This document shows, in pieces, positions 1 to 8,414 of a stretch of DNA of 60,453 nt. Source of the DNA: a bacterium. GTDB taxonomy: Bacteria > Verrucomicrobiota > Kiritimatiellia > RFP12 > UBA1067. The stretch spans positions 1-60,453 of the forward strand of contig JANYBJ010000148.1 in the NCBI GenBank assembly GCA_025360845.1, given 5' to 3'. Position 1 is the first letter of the stretch; each line of letters starts with the position of its first letter. Below the pieces are notes generated by a model, which was not told the DNA's origin, did not search any database, and worked only from the letters and a program-made list of their open reading frames with translations. The translations under genes were made by a program, and so were the position numbers.

Positions 1-2
1 TC

Positions 3-821
3 GGCAACGGCACGTCGCTGATCATCATGATCAACATCACGTCGCGGTTGCCGGTCGCCATTATCGAGGCGTGGACGCGCTACTTCGGTCTGGGCGGTAT
101 GCAGGCCACCAAGAGCCCTGTTGAACTGCTTCTGCTGTTGCTCTTCGGCTTCGCCATCGCGATGGGAACCGTGATGCTCACGCAGGGTGTTCGCAAGGTG
201 CCGATCCACTCGACGCGCCGTGCGGCGGGCGGAGGGGGCAACTCCTACGGGATGCAGCAGACTTATATGCCGTTGCGCGTGAACTACACGGGCGTTATGC
301 CGATCATCTTCGCGGGGCCGCTGATTCAGTTTCCCTCGGCGTTGCTGAGCCGGATCCCGGCGGAGATCTCTTGGCTGGCGTGGCTCAAGTGGCTGGGCAC
401 GCAGTTGTCCGATATGACCAGCCCGATTCACCTCGTGGCCTACGCGGTACTGATCATGTTCTTCGCGTTCTTCTGGGTCGCCACCCAGTTCAATGCCATG
501 CAGATTTCAGACAACCTGAAGCGCGACGGTTCTTATGTTCCCGGTATCCGTCCGGGACGCGCCACGGCAGAACATCTGGATGCGCTGATGACGCGTGTGA
601 CGCTGATCGGCGGCACGGGGCTGCTCATCATCGCGCTGGTTCCGCAGTTGCTGCGCGGCGTGATGCAACTGCCTTGGGAGATGGCCTCCTTCTTCGGCGG
701 CACGAGCTTGCTGATTATTGTCGGCGTGGCGCTCGATACGCTGCGTCAGATGGAGTCGCATTTGCTCATGCGCAACTACGACGGCTTCCTGAAACACGGA
801 CGCCTGCGTGGCCGCCGCTAA
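3..821 (+). CDS. secY: Preprotein translocase subunit SecY (5'-partial, starts before window)
   Basis: Frame open from position 3 (GNGTSLII). SecY motifs PLRVNYTGVMPIIFA, YVPGIRPG, FGGTSLLIIVGVALDT, NYDGF. Confidence 0.97.
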   Translation, partial: GNGTSLIIMINITSRLPVAIIEAWTRYFGLGGMQATKSPVELLLLLLFGFAIAMGTVMLTQGVRKVPIHSTRRAAGGGGNSYGMQQTYMPLRVNYTGVMPIIFAGPLIQFPSALLSRIPAEISWLAWLKWLGTQLSDMTSPIHLVAYAVLIMFFAFFWVATQFNAMQISDNLKRDGSYVPGIRPGRATAEHLDALMTRVTLIGGTGLLIIALVPQLLRGVMQLPWEMASFFGGTSLLIIVGVALDTLRQMESHLLMRNYDGFLKHGRLRGRR

Positions 822-906
822 GATGTAGCCGCCACAAACGACGTGCTCGTCTCATGAACAGGCTCGCGGGCGTCAGTCCGTGAGCCTGTTCTGTTTTTTA
901 GCCTTT

Positions 907-1896
907 ATGATTTTGCAGCAGTACTTCCGACACTTACCGCACATCGGCCCGCAGCGCGAGAAGGCGCTGCGTCTGGAAGGGTGCGCCTGCTGGACAGACA
1001 TCCTGAATGCGCCGCATCCGCTCGCGGGTCTGGACGTCTTTGCCTGGGACGAGGTGTGCGTAGCGGCAGAACAGAGCCTGCGTGCATTGCAAGCGGATGA
1101 GGTCGCCTTCTTCAGCAAGCGGCTCCCGCCCTTGGAGCAATGGCGTGTGCTGACGCATTGGTTCGACCAAGCGTCGTATTTCGATATCGAGACCAGCGGT
1201 CTGGATGCGGACAGTATCGTCACGCTCGTCTGTTGTTTTCACGGAGAACAACCCTTGCGGTTCCTCGCAGGCGAGAATCTGGACGAGTTCCTCGAGTTGT
1301 TGGAAAGCGTGAAGCTGTTGGTGTCGTTCAATGGCGCGAGCTTCGATGTGCCGCGCGTACTCGACCGTTTCCACATTCCCGAGTTGCCCTGTGCGCATGT
1401 GGACCTGCGCTGGTTCTGTCACCACGCCGGGTGGCGCGGCGGGCTCAAGAAGATCGAGAAAGCACTGGGTTTGCGGCGTCCTGCGGATCTCGACGGCCTC
1501 GGCGGTGCGGAGGCGGTCTGGCTGTGGCAGGCGTGGCAGGAACGCGGCGACGAGCAGGCCAAACGCACGCTGGAGCGCTATTGCTCGGCCGACACCGTGA
1601 TGCTGAAACTGCTCGCTGGAAGGCTTTGCGCTTTACAAGGGGCGGCCGTTGCGTTGTCTACGGAGACCGACCTGTGGTCGCTTGTCAACAGGGCTTATCC
1701 CGATCTCGGCCGGCCTCTCGTGAATACGCCACCTGTGTCAGAGCCTGCCCTTCCGAAACCCTCACCCGGCCCCGTCATATCCGCCGATCTCTTCTCGATC
1801 TCGCAGATGGTGAGTGCCACAGAAGGATTGTCACGTTCGGAGAAGCAGGCCCGGTTGCGCGAGCGCTGGCGGCAGCACCGAAGCGGCGGTCTGTGA
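907..1896 (+). CDS. YprB-like RNase H-fold (DEDD) exonuclease-domain protein with N-terminal HhH-like motif
   Basis: FDIETSGL, LVSFNGASFDVP, HVDL, GGLKKIEKALG, YCSADT; N-terminal LPHIGPQRE. ATG 907 preferred over GTG 880. Confidence 0.85.
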   Translation: MILQQYFRHLPHIGPQREKALRLEGCACWTDILNAPHPLAGLDVFAWDEVCVAAEQSLRALQADEVAFFSKRLPPLEQWRVLTHWFDQASYFDIETSGLDADSIVTLVCCFHGEQPLRFLAGENLDEFLELLESVKLLVSFNGASFDVPRVLDRFHIPELPCAHVDLRWFCHHAGWRGGLKKIEKALGLRRPADLDGLGGAEAVWLWQAWQERGDEQAKRTLERYCSADTVMLKLLAGRLCALQGAAVALSTETDLWSLVNRAYPDLGRPLVNTPPVSEPALPKPSPGPVISADLFSISQMVSATEGLSRSEKQARLRERWRQHRSGGL

Positions 1897-1939
1897 GACC
1901 TGTCTTTCGGATCTCGTATGTTCGAATTGTGGAAACAAG

Positions 1940-2670
1940 GATTTCCTGATGAACTACCGCGAAGGCGCGACCGGTCTGCCGCTGGCGAGTTACGACTTGT
2001 GGGAGGAACGGTACGAGGTGCTTACCTTCACGGCGGCGGCGGTGTATGGCGGGCTGACAGCGGCGGCGGGTTTTGTCGAGGCCTTCGGCGAGCTCGAATG
2101 GGCTGAGGATTATCGGCAAGGGGCTGCCACTTTGCGTGAAGCCGCGTGCCACCATCTCTACCTGCAGGAGTCGCACTGTTTTGCGCGGGGAATCCTCTTT
2201 CCCGAAGAGGGCGAGCCGGTCGTGGATCGCGTCGTGGATGCGAGCATCTGCGGTTCCTACCTGTTTGGTCTCCTGCCGCCGGATGATCCGCGTGTGGCGG
2301 AGACCGTTCAGCGCGTGCGCGAGCGGCTCTGGTGCGCCACGTCTGTTGGAGGGCTGGCGCGTCTATGAGGACGATGCGTACTATCGCACGGGCACGGACA
2401 CGCCGGGAAACCCGTGGTTCGTGACCACGCTCTGGTATGCGCAATATCTGATCGCGAAAGCGCAGGCGATAGACGAACTGAAGCCGGTCATGGATCTTCT
2501 GGAGTGGACGGCGGCCCGCGCCCTGCCCAGCGGGGTGCTGGCGGAGCAGATCGATCCCCGTTCCGGAAAACCGATCTCGGTCTCCCCGTTGACGTGGAGC
2601 CACGCCGCCTTTGTCACAACCGTCTGCGAGTACCGTCAGCGACGGCAACAGTTGGAAGGTAGTCTAACGC
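1940..2670 (+). pseudogene. Glycoside hydrolase family 15 (glucoamylase-like) C-terminal remnant, N-truncated and frameshifted
   Basis: GLPLASYDLWEER and DAS...LFGLLPPDDPRV...GGLAR in one frame; YEDDAYY...GNPWFVTTLW...LAEQ...SVSPLTWSHA in the next. One extra base at about 2363 (cgt-c-tat). Confidence 0.85.
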
Positions 2671-2685
2671 GGGCGGAGCCCGCAA

Positions 2686-2720
2686 CCCTCACCCCGACCC
2701 TCTCCCAGAGGGCGAGGGAG
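2686..2720 (+). repeat. CCCTCACCCC...CTCTCCC..AGGG.GAGGG palindromic interspersed repeat
   Basis: ccctcaccccgaccctctcccagagggcgagggag resembles a widespread REP-like family often found near DUF559 genes. Confidence 0.7.
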
Positions 2721-2843
2721 GGGGCAACAACGTTCTTTTTATCACTGTTACGAAGCCGTAAGGCACTAAAATCACGCGTCCGCGCTCCGGCAGCGAGGTA
2801 GCCCCGGCAGGGCTTTGACCTGGCAGGTCTGGCGGCCGCCGGG

Positions 2844-5240
2844 TTACCGCTTCGCTTTCTCAGGACGCGACACAATCTTGAATTGCGTGATCGAGGTGTC
2901 GACGCGTTGAAGAAGGCCTTCCGCCTCTCGGAGCGCGTCTTTCGCCCGCTCCGTCTGCTTCTGCAAGGCGTTGGCGCTTTCGGTCGTGGCTGGAGCGGAG
3001 GTGTCGGCCTCGCGCAATCGCGCGATCTCGGCGGTTAAGGCCTGGATTTTCTGTAAGTCCCCGTCGATCTGTTTGCGGATCTCTTGCGCACGCGGCGTAA
3101 ACCCCACAGAGGTCGAGTGCAGAAGGTTCGCCGCTGTGATTAATCGGGGATTGTCCTCTGCGGTCGGGCTCCAAGCCACGGCGAGATGATCCTCGCCCTC
3201 AAAGTCCCTGAGAAAAGCCTCGACAAAGTAATAGCGGCCTTGAACAAGCGACACAGGCTTCGACTTCCGTATTTCCTTTTCCCATGACTGCGGGCCGACA
3301 TAATGGTCGAGATCGATGCACAGGGCCAGTTTTGCAGGGGTCTCGTCAGAGCTCAGCCAGAACTCCCCCTGATCGTCGCAGGCGATGTAGAAGGTATACT
3401 CGCCGGTTACGGAGGGGGTGAGAAATCCCCGGACCCGCGCGATGTAAAAATTGCTGTGGTTCGCGGGCACTTCAAAATTCTCGATGGCCTGGCTGGAGTC
3501 CGGTGGTTTTTTCAGGACCCCTTGTTTGCGCGCCTCGTTCAAAGAATCGAATTTGGCGTTCTCCCAGTATTCGAGGGTCAGACCGGGAACGAGACCGGTG
3601 ACCGGCGCGAGATCGGCTTGGCGCTTGGTCGCTTTCTCGGCCAGTGCGGCCGCGGATGCGGACAGGCGGACCAGTTCCAGGCGGGCACTCTGGATGCGGG
3701 ATTCGGCCATGACCTTTTCGGGGGTTCCTCCCAATACGAGTTCAGCCAAATGTTCAAAGCGGGAGTTGGCCGCGATGGCGCGCTCGCGGTATTTCAGCGC
3801 CAGATCGACTCCCCCCGTGATCTCTTTGCAAAAGATGGCTGCGGCTAAGAAAAGCGTGCCTTTTGTCGCGGAGTCACCCGCGGCCTTGGGCACGGTCGCG
3901 TTCACCAGACGCAGCATCTGGTCAGCCGGGATCTTGTCCCATGCGACGATGCGGCCCGGCGCGACCGTCACGCCCTCGTCATTTGCGCCGGTCACGTCCA
4001 CCTGTCCGCCGAAGGCGACCCAGACACCGCGGAGCGGCGCACGTGCGAGTTCCTCCTGCACAAATACCCGAAGTCTGGCCAGCGTCTCGAAGCGCAGGAT
4101 CGCCGTGTCGATGATGTCCTTCGCCTCGGGGTCTTGCCAGTTGGTCCTTTTGGCTTTCAGGATCTGGGAGGCTTCGGCGAAACGGTAAGCCACGCCGTTG
4201 AGGCGCATCTGCTCTTCCACAGCCGCCCTTGCCGGAGCCAGTGCCGACGAGAGCCCGTCTTTGGGTTTTCCCTGCTCAGCCGTATCCGGTGTCGCCACCT
4301 GTGTGCCCGCTGTCGCCGGTTGTCCGGTTGTTACTGCCGCCTGAACCGCTGTCTGGGTCTCCTGCCAAGGCTGGAGGAAAGGCTCGTCGATGATAACCGG
4401 CTGATCCGAACCGGGCAGCGTCCAGCCCACCCGCAAATAATCGAACCCTTCGCCTTCTTTCATCAGGGCCTCCAGATAGTACCGCTTCCCGGCGACCAGA
4501 TCACAGGCTTCGGACAGCAGGTCGGCGCGGTAGTCCCAGCTTTCGACAAAGTTGTCGACGGTGATCAGCTTACGCAGGTTGGCGGGCGTGTCGTCCGTGC
4601 TCAGCCAGAACTCGGCGGTGTCGTCGACACAGACCGCGAATCGGTATTTGCCCGATTGAGACGGCACAAGATAACCCCGCACGCGCGCGCCGTAATGGTC
4701 GCCAATATTATCCGACAGCTCAAAGCGTCTGATCTGGACGGTCCGGCTGGGCTGTCCAGGAAAAGTGGGGGCCGAAAGGAGTGCCCTGATCGGTTGTTCG
4801 GGGATGCCCTCATAATACTCGCAGAGCAGGCCGTGGGGACTGCCCACAGGAACCTCTCGCGGGAGGGCCGTCTGTTGCTGCTGGTTTTGCGTGGGTTGCG
4901 GTGTTGGCTGCGGTTCCGGGTTCTGGCCTGTGGTCTGTTCCTGTTTCGGTTCAACGGACACAGGCGCCTTCGGCACAGGCGCCTTCGAGGCGGGCGGTTG
5001 TTCGACGTTGGTTTGCCGGGAAGAGGCGGGAGGAGGTGCCGGTTTCTTCGAGCCTCCGGAAACACCGATTCCGATGCCGATAACGACCAGCAAACCCACA
5101 CCGATGGCGGCGGGAATCACCCATTTCAGCCCGTTTTTGGGTCTTTTGGGAGGGGGTGGCGGATGGGAAGTCGGCGGATGGCGCAGGTCCTTGTGTTGGA
5201 TCTTCTGAGTGAAGCCTCTGTCAATCTTGATCGTGGACAT
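2844..5240 (-). CDS. Membrane-anchored protein with two PA14 carbohydrate-binding domains
   Basis: N-terminal TM segment (WVIPAAIGVGLLVVIGIGIG), Pro/Gln linker, two PA14 repeats (GLLCEYY...YGARVRGYL...DD.AEFWLS...GKRYYLEA; GLTLEYW...ARVRGFL...DDQGEFWLS), C-terminal coiled coil. Confidence 0.85.
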   Translation of the reverse strand: MSTIKIDRGFTQKIQHKDLRHPPTSHPPPPPKRPKNGLKWVIPAAIGVGLLVVIGIGIGVSGGSKKPAPPPASSRQTNVEQPPASKAPVPKAPVSVEPKQEQTTGQNPEPQPTPQPTQNQQQQTALPREVPVGSPHGLLCEYYEGIPEQPIRALLSAPTFPGQPSRTVQIRRFELSDNIGDHYGARVRGYLVPSQSGKYRFAVCVDDTAEFWLSTDDTPANLRKLITVDNFVESWDYRADLLSEACDLVAGKRYYLEALMKEGEGFDYLRVGWTLPGSDQPVIIDEPFLQPWQETQTAVQAAVTTGQPATAGTQVATPDTAEQGKPKDGLSSALAPARAAVEEQMRLNGVAYRFAEASQILKAKRTNWQDPEAKDIIDTAILRFETLARLRVFVQEELARAPLRGVWVAFGGQVDVTGANDEGVTVAPGRIVAWDKIPADQMLRLVNATVPKAAGDSATKGTLFLAAAIFCKEITGGVDLALKYRERAIAANSRFEHLAELVLGGTPEKVMAESRIQSARLELVRLSASAAALAEKATKRQADLAPVTGLVPGLTLEYWENAKFDSLNEARKQGVLKKPPDSSQAIENFEVPANHSNFYIARVRGFLTPSVTGEYTFYIACDDQGEFWLSSDETPAKLALCIDLDHYVGPQSWEKEIRKSKPVSLVQGRYYFVEAFLRDFEGEDHLAVAWSPTAEDNPRLITAANLLHSTSVGFTPRAQEIRKQIDGDLQKIQALTAEIARLREADTSAPATTESANALQKQTERAKDALREAEGLLQRVDTSITQFKIVSRPEKAKR

Positions 5241-5318
5241 AGTCGGCCTTTTCCTTTCCCTTGTTCAAGTTATAGCCCACCCGCTGAGGGGATAAGTGAG
5301 GGGTGATCAATCAAAGCT

Positions 5319-5605
5319 GTTCAGCGGGAAATAACCCGTGTGAACGCATTTAGACATCGCCATCAACAAACCCGAGAATCAGGTGCATGGTGATAGAGCG
5401 TAAACACATTTTCCGCCTTCGTCAAGCGGGCAAGTCACTTGTGTCGGGGTGTCGGGGGGCGCATGGCCGTTCTGATGAGGTCGGTGACTCGTAATCTTGC
5501 TCAACAGAACGGCGATGCGCCGCGGAAGGAATCAGCGGTTGACTATAATTCGAGAAGCCTATTACCTGTCCCGTTGTGCATTATAGCAATTATTTCCCGT
5601 TGAAC
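5319..5605. repeat. 16-bp inverted repeat pair bounding most of the divergent intergenic region
   Basis: GTTCAGCGGGAAATAA (5319-5334) vs TTATTTCCCGTTGAAC (5590-5605), 15/16 reverse-complement match. Confidence 0.7.
5397..5425 (-). promoter_or_regulatory. Putative sigma70 promoter for the PA14 gene
   Basis: TTGACG-17 nt-TACGCT on the minus strand. Confidence 0.5.
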
Positions 5606-5628
5606 GCGGCCGCGTAATGGGATATTCT
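5600..5628 (+). promoter_or_regulatory. Putative sigma70 promoter for the TIGR04255 cassette
   Basis: TTGAAC-17 nt-TATTCT, followed by purine-rich SD-like GAAGGGG and ATG 5659. Confidence 0.55.
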
Positions 5629-5658
5629 ATTTTGGCTGAAAGAGTAAGGGTGAAGGGG

Positions 5659-6438
5659 ATGGAACAGATCAGTCAGCCATGCATAAACAGAGCGGAAAAT
5701 TTCGCGCAACTTCCAAAGTCGCCGCTTGTGGAAGCTGTTTTGCACATTCAGAGCCGACCGACGCAACCGATTGTGCCAGCCGAGTTGCGTGCGCGTCTGG
5801 ATGGTGAGTTAAGCGGTTACGCGTTCTCGAATGAGTTGTTCGAGTGTACCAACGAGTTTACCTTTGGAAAAGACGGCGCCCAGAAATCTAAGGCCAAAAC
5901 CGATTGGAAAGGTCTGCGCTACACGTCTGCAGACGGCAAACAAGTCATTCTGTTCAACAAAGACGGTTTCGTTTTCAGCAGACTCAAGCCTTACCTCTCC
6001 TGGGATTGTTTTGTCAAGGAAGGCTTGGCTGCGTGGAATGTATTTAAGCGTGTTGCCCAACCGGATTTGGTCATCCGCATTGGCCTGCGCATGATTAACC
6101 GCGTCACCATACCGATCGGGACTTTCCAAATAGAAGATTACTTGGCGACGGCACCGCAAGCGCCGAAAGGGTTTGATATTCCTTATCAGGGGTTTATGCA
6201 TCATGAATCCTTCGCTCTGCCCGACACGCCTTATGGAGTCACTGTAGTAAAGACCATCCTTCCGCCCGTTAAAGGTGAGCCCGGACCGGCCATTGTTATT
6301 GACATCGACGCGTTTTTGACGCCCAACGAAATGGTTGGGGACGAGACACTGGTGGAGCTTTTGACCGACATGCGATGGATAAAGAACAAGGTCTTCTTTG
6401 GCACGGTTACTGCCAAAACCTTGGAGGCTTTCAAATGA
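5659..6438 (+). CDS. TIGR04255 family protein
   Basis: PLVEAVLHIQ, FVFSRLKPYLSWDCF, RIGLRMINR, VIDIDAF, RWIKNKVFFGTVT are characteristic of the family. Confidence 0.85.
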   Translation: MEQISQPCINRAENFAQLPKSPLVEAVLHIQSRPTQPIVPAELRARLDGELSGYAFSNELFECTNEFTFGKDGAQKSKAKTDWKGLRYTSADGKQVILFNKDGFVFSRLKPYLSWDCFVKEGLAAWNVFKRVAQPDLVIRIGLRMINRVTIPIGTFQIEDYLATAPQAPKGFDIPYQGFMHHESFALPDTPYGVTVVKTILPPVKGEPGPAIVIDIDAFLTPNEMVGDETLVELLTDMRWIKNKVFFGTVTAKTLEAFK

Positions 6439-6926
6439 TTAGGACCATCGTAGGAATTGTGACCTTGGCGCATCCCTCCATGTCGGCGGGGGTGAGCGAA
6501 AGCGCATTCATGATCAAGAAGCAAATGGAAGAGGAGCGGACACGCTTGCAGCAATCCTGCGCCTGGGGCGGAACATCGCAGGACTTGCTGACCAGCATTA
6601 TTCACGTCGAGCAGGAGTGTTGTAACGCCGGTTGGGACGGTTATGACGCGTTGCCTGTCTCGGGTGAATCTGTCCGCCTCGGCATCGCCCTGTCCAAGTC
6701 GCTGCCGTGGGGATTTCATAAGCCTACGGTTGGGGTTGAGCCGGATGGCCAGCTCACCTTCGAATGGTACAAGTCCCCTCGAAAGACCTGTTCGGTCAGT
6801 GTAGCCCCTGACGGTACGTTTCACTATGCGGCCTTGAATGGTGCCAGCAATGTTTATGGTTCGGAGCTGTTCAACGGTTCGATGCCAGCCACCATCCTTA
6901 ACGCCATCGACAGCGTTTATTCATGA
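6435..6926 (+). CDS. Hypothetical protein with GWDGYDALP motif (middle gene of coupled triplet)
   Basis: ATGA overlap with both neighbours; motifs GWDGYDALPVS and EPDGQLTFEW. Confidence 0.8.
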   Translation: MIRTIVGIVTLAHPSMSAGVSESAFMIKKQMEEERTRLQQSCAWGGTSQDLLTSIIHVEQECCNAGWDGYDALPVSGESVRLGIALSKSLPWGFHKPTVGVEPDGQLTFEWYKSPRKTCSVSVAPDGTFHYAALNGASNVYGSELFNGSMPATILNAIDSVYS

Positions 6927-7333
6927 GTGCCGTTGCCGTCCAGCCTGTAGGTGACGATGAGGTCTTGGCACGGTTTGTACTCAGAAAAGACTGGGTGCGA
7001 AACGATCAGACTCTTCGTCCCGAGGCTTTCATACCCCATCCGCACAAGGATCTGTCGGTTTCGCGTCATCAGGCTCGTCCCGATACGGAGTTGTGGGAAG
7101 AAGGTAAGGCGGTGGCAGCAGCGGTAACGGTGACTGTGAGGAGAGTCATGCAACTTCACGGCCGAGCAGATTTTATCGCGTCTGACGTGATCGGCCAGAA
7201 TTTGCGCGTCGAAGCCGACCCGCTTCCGGAAAATCCGAGTCACGCCGTCGTTGTGGGGTGGCCGCCCGAAAAAGCGGTTCAGAAAATCAAGGCATTGATG
7301 CTTGCCGCTGCTGCTCGATTTGTACCCCTCTGA
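6923..7333 (+). CDS. Hypothetical protein, possible ADP-ribosyltransferase/RES-like fold
   Basis: ATGA-coupled. Pattern E-V-L-A-R ... PEAF ... DLSVSR ... NPSHA..GWP resembles an R / SxS / H ART-type core. The fold is inference. Confidence 0.7.
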   Translation: MSAVAVQPVGDDEVLARFVLRKDWVRNDQTLRPEAFIPHPHKDLSVSRHQARPDTELWEEGKAVAAAVTVTVRRVMQLHGRADFIASDVIGQNLRVEADPLPENPSHAVVVGWPPEKAVQKIKALMLAAAARFVPL

Positions 7334-7337
7334 TCTG

Positions 7338-7780
7338 TCACAGCCCAAGCTTCGGCAGCGCCTTCACGATCTTCATGGTTTCGATGCTGAGCGTGACGAT
7401 GCGCTTGAGCAGGTCGATGATGTAGCGCGGCTGGTTGTGCTCGTCGCACCAGAGGTTGGGGTCGTTGACGATGCCGCTCTCTTTGTGGGTGGTGACGGCG
7501 TAGCGCTCCATGATCCACTCGATGGCGTGAAGAAGCTGCGGGCATCCGACGTGAATTTCTCTTCCGGCGCGAGCGGGATGAGTTCTGCGTAGCCTTCGTC
7601 GCGGTGGTTGATCCAGTCGCCGTGCTTGTTGGGCTGGAGGATGGTGAAAGCGCCTGCCTTGAGCATGGCGCCGACGGAGCCGAATTCCTTGATGCGGGCG
7701 AGCTTCTGCTCGCGCGTCAGGTAGTCGCCGATGTCGTGGTAGTAGAGGGTGGCGTTGTCGTTCATGGGGTGGGCTTCCGG
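7338..7780 (-). pseudogene. Type ISP (LlaGI/LlaBIII-like) RM enzyme C-terminal remnant with large internal deletion of the target-recognition region
   Basis: ATLYYHDIGDYLTREQKL...PNKHGDWINHR joins at about 7527, out of frame, to the extreme C-terminus AIEWIMERY...SGIVNDPN...PRYIIDLLKRIVTLSIETMKIVKALP. Confidence 0.85.
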
Positions 7781-8367
7781 CTGGGAGGACTGGGTGATAT
7801 GGGAGGGCTGGACAGGGTAACTTTGTTTCTGGTCTGCTGACGCGCCGCAAACAGGCGCTCCCTAAAGCCGCCCTGCGCCAGGAATTTCGTCTCCAGCGCT
7901 TCCAGTTGGCGCTGGAGCAGGTAATCTGCCTGATGCAGCAGGCAGAGGCACATGTTGGCCGTGGTCTCGGTCGGGCGTGTCTTGGCGATGTCCAGATACC
8001 AGGTCGGCGGCACGGAGGCGTCGCGGGATTTGTCGCGCAGATAGCAGGCTTCGCGCGAGTCCTTGTCCCAAAGCCGCAGCCCTCGGACGCGCAAATAATC
8101 CTCGTAATCGATGCGCAGTTCAACCAGGTTGGCTTTGGCGACATTCGTCAGCTTGATCTCCGTCTCCGCAGAGGTCACGGCGGCCGCGCTGGCCTCAGCG
8201 ATATTCTGTTTGCCGCTGCGCGCAGCCTGCACCATCTGATCAACCGTACGGTCGCCTTTGTTTAGGTGCGCATGCGCGAAATAGAAGGTCAGGTCATAGA
8301 TGATCTCCGCCTTCTGATAGGTCAGCAGCCTTTTGAAATCCCCGCGGGGGGCAAGCAGTCCGCGCAT
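7762..8367 (-). CDS. Four helix bundle protein (23S rRNA IVP/Avd-like, TIGR02436) with four-helix-bundle suffix domain (TIGR04258)
   Basis: DRTVDQMVQAARSGKQNIAE, ELRIDYEDYLR, QGGFRERL; GGAGG SD upstream of ATG 8367. Confidence 0.92.
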   Translation of the reverse strand: MRGLLAPRGDFKRLLTYQKAEIIYDLTFYFAHAHLNKGDRTVDQMVQAARSGKQNIAEASAAAVTSAETEIKLTNVAKANLVELRIDYEDYLRVRGLRLWDKDSREACYLRDKSRDASVPPTWYLDIAKTRPTETTANMCLCLLHQADYLLQRQLEALETKFLAQGGFRERLFAARQQTRNKVTLSSPPISPSPPSRKPTP

Positions 8368-8414
8368 GGCTTACCTCCGCCACCAGTAGTCCCAGTGTTC
8401 CCAGTACGCCCAGT
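7781..8414 (-). mobile_element. Intragenic insertion carrying the four-helix-bundle gene, bounded by complementary 9-nt periodic arms
   Basis: On the minus strand, 5' arm (8383-8414) ACTGGG-CGT-ACTGGG-AAC-ACTGGGA-CTA-CTGG and 3' arm (7781-7811) CCAG-CCC-TCCCATA-TCA-CCCAGT-CCT-CCCAG. It splits the type ISP gene. Confidence 0.75.

Noticed and set aside
2355-2370. Programmed ribosomal frameshift in the GH15 (and in vapC at 59789)
   Set aside because: No slippery heptamer or stimulatory structure; the GH15 is also N-truncated, so decay or sequencing error is simpler.
2790-2855. Structured ncRNA (SRP-like) between convergent genes
   Set aside because: Only a GC-rich imperfect hairpin; it lacks the SRP domain IV GGAA loop motif and is more likely a terminator-like stem.
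7762-8367. Diversity-generating retroelement or 23S rRNA intervening sequence suggested by the Avd/IVP-like protein
   Set aside because: No reverse transcriptase, no TR/VR pair with adenine-specific mismatches and no rRNA sequence in the window.
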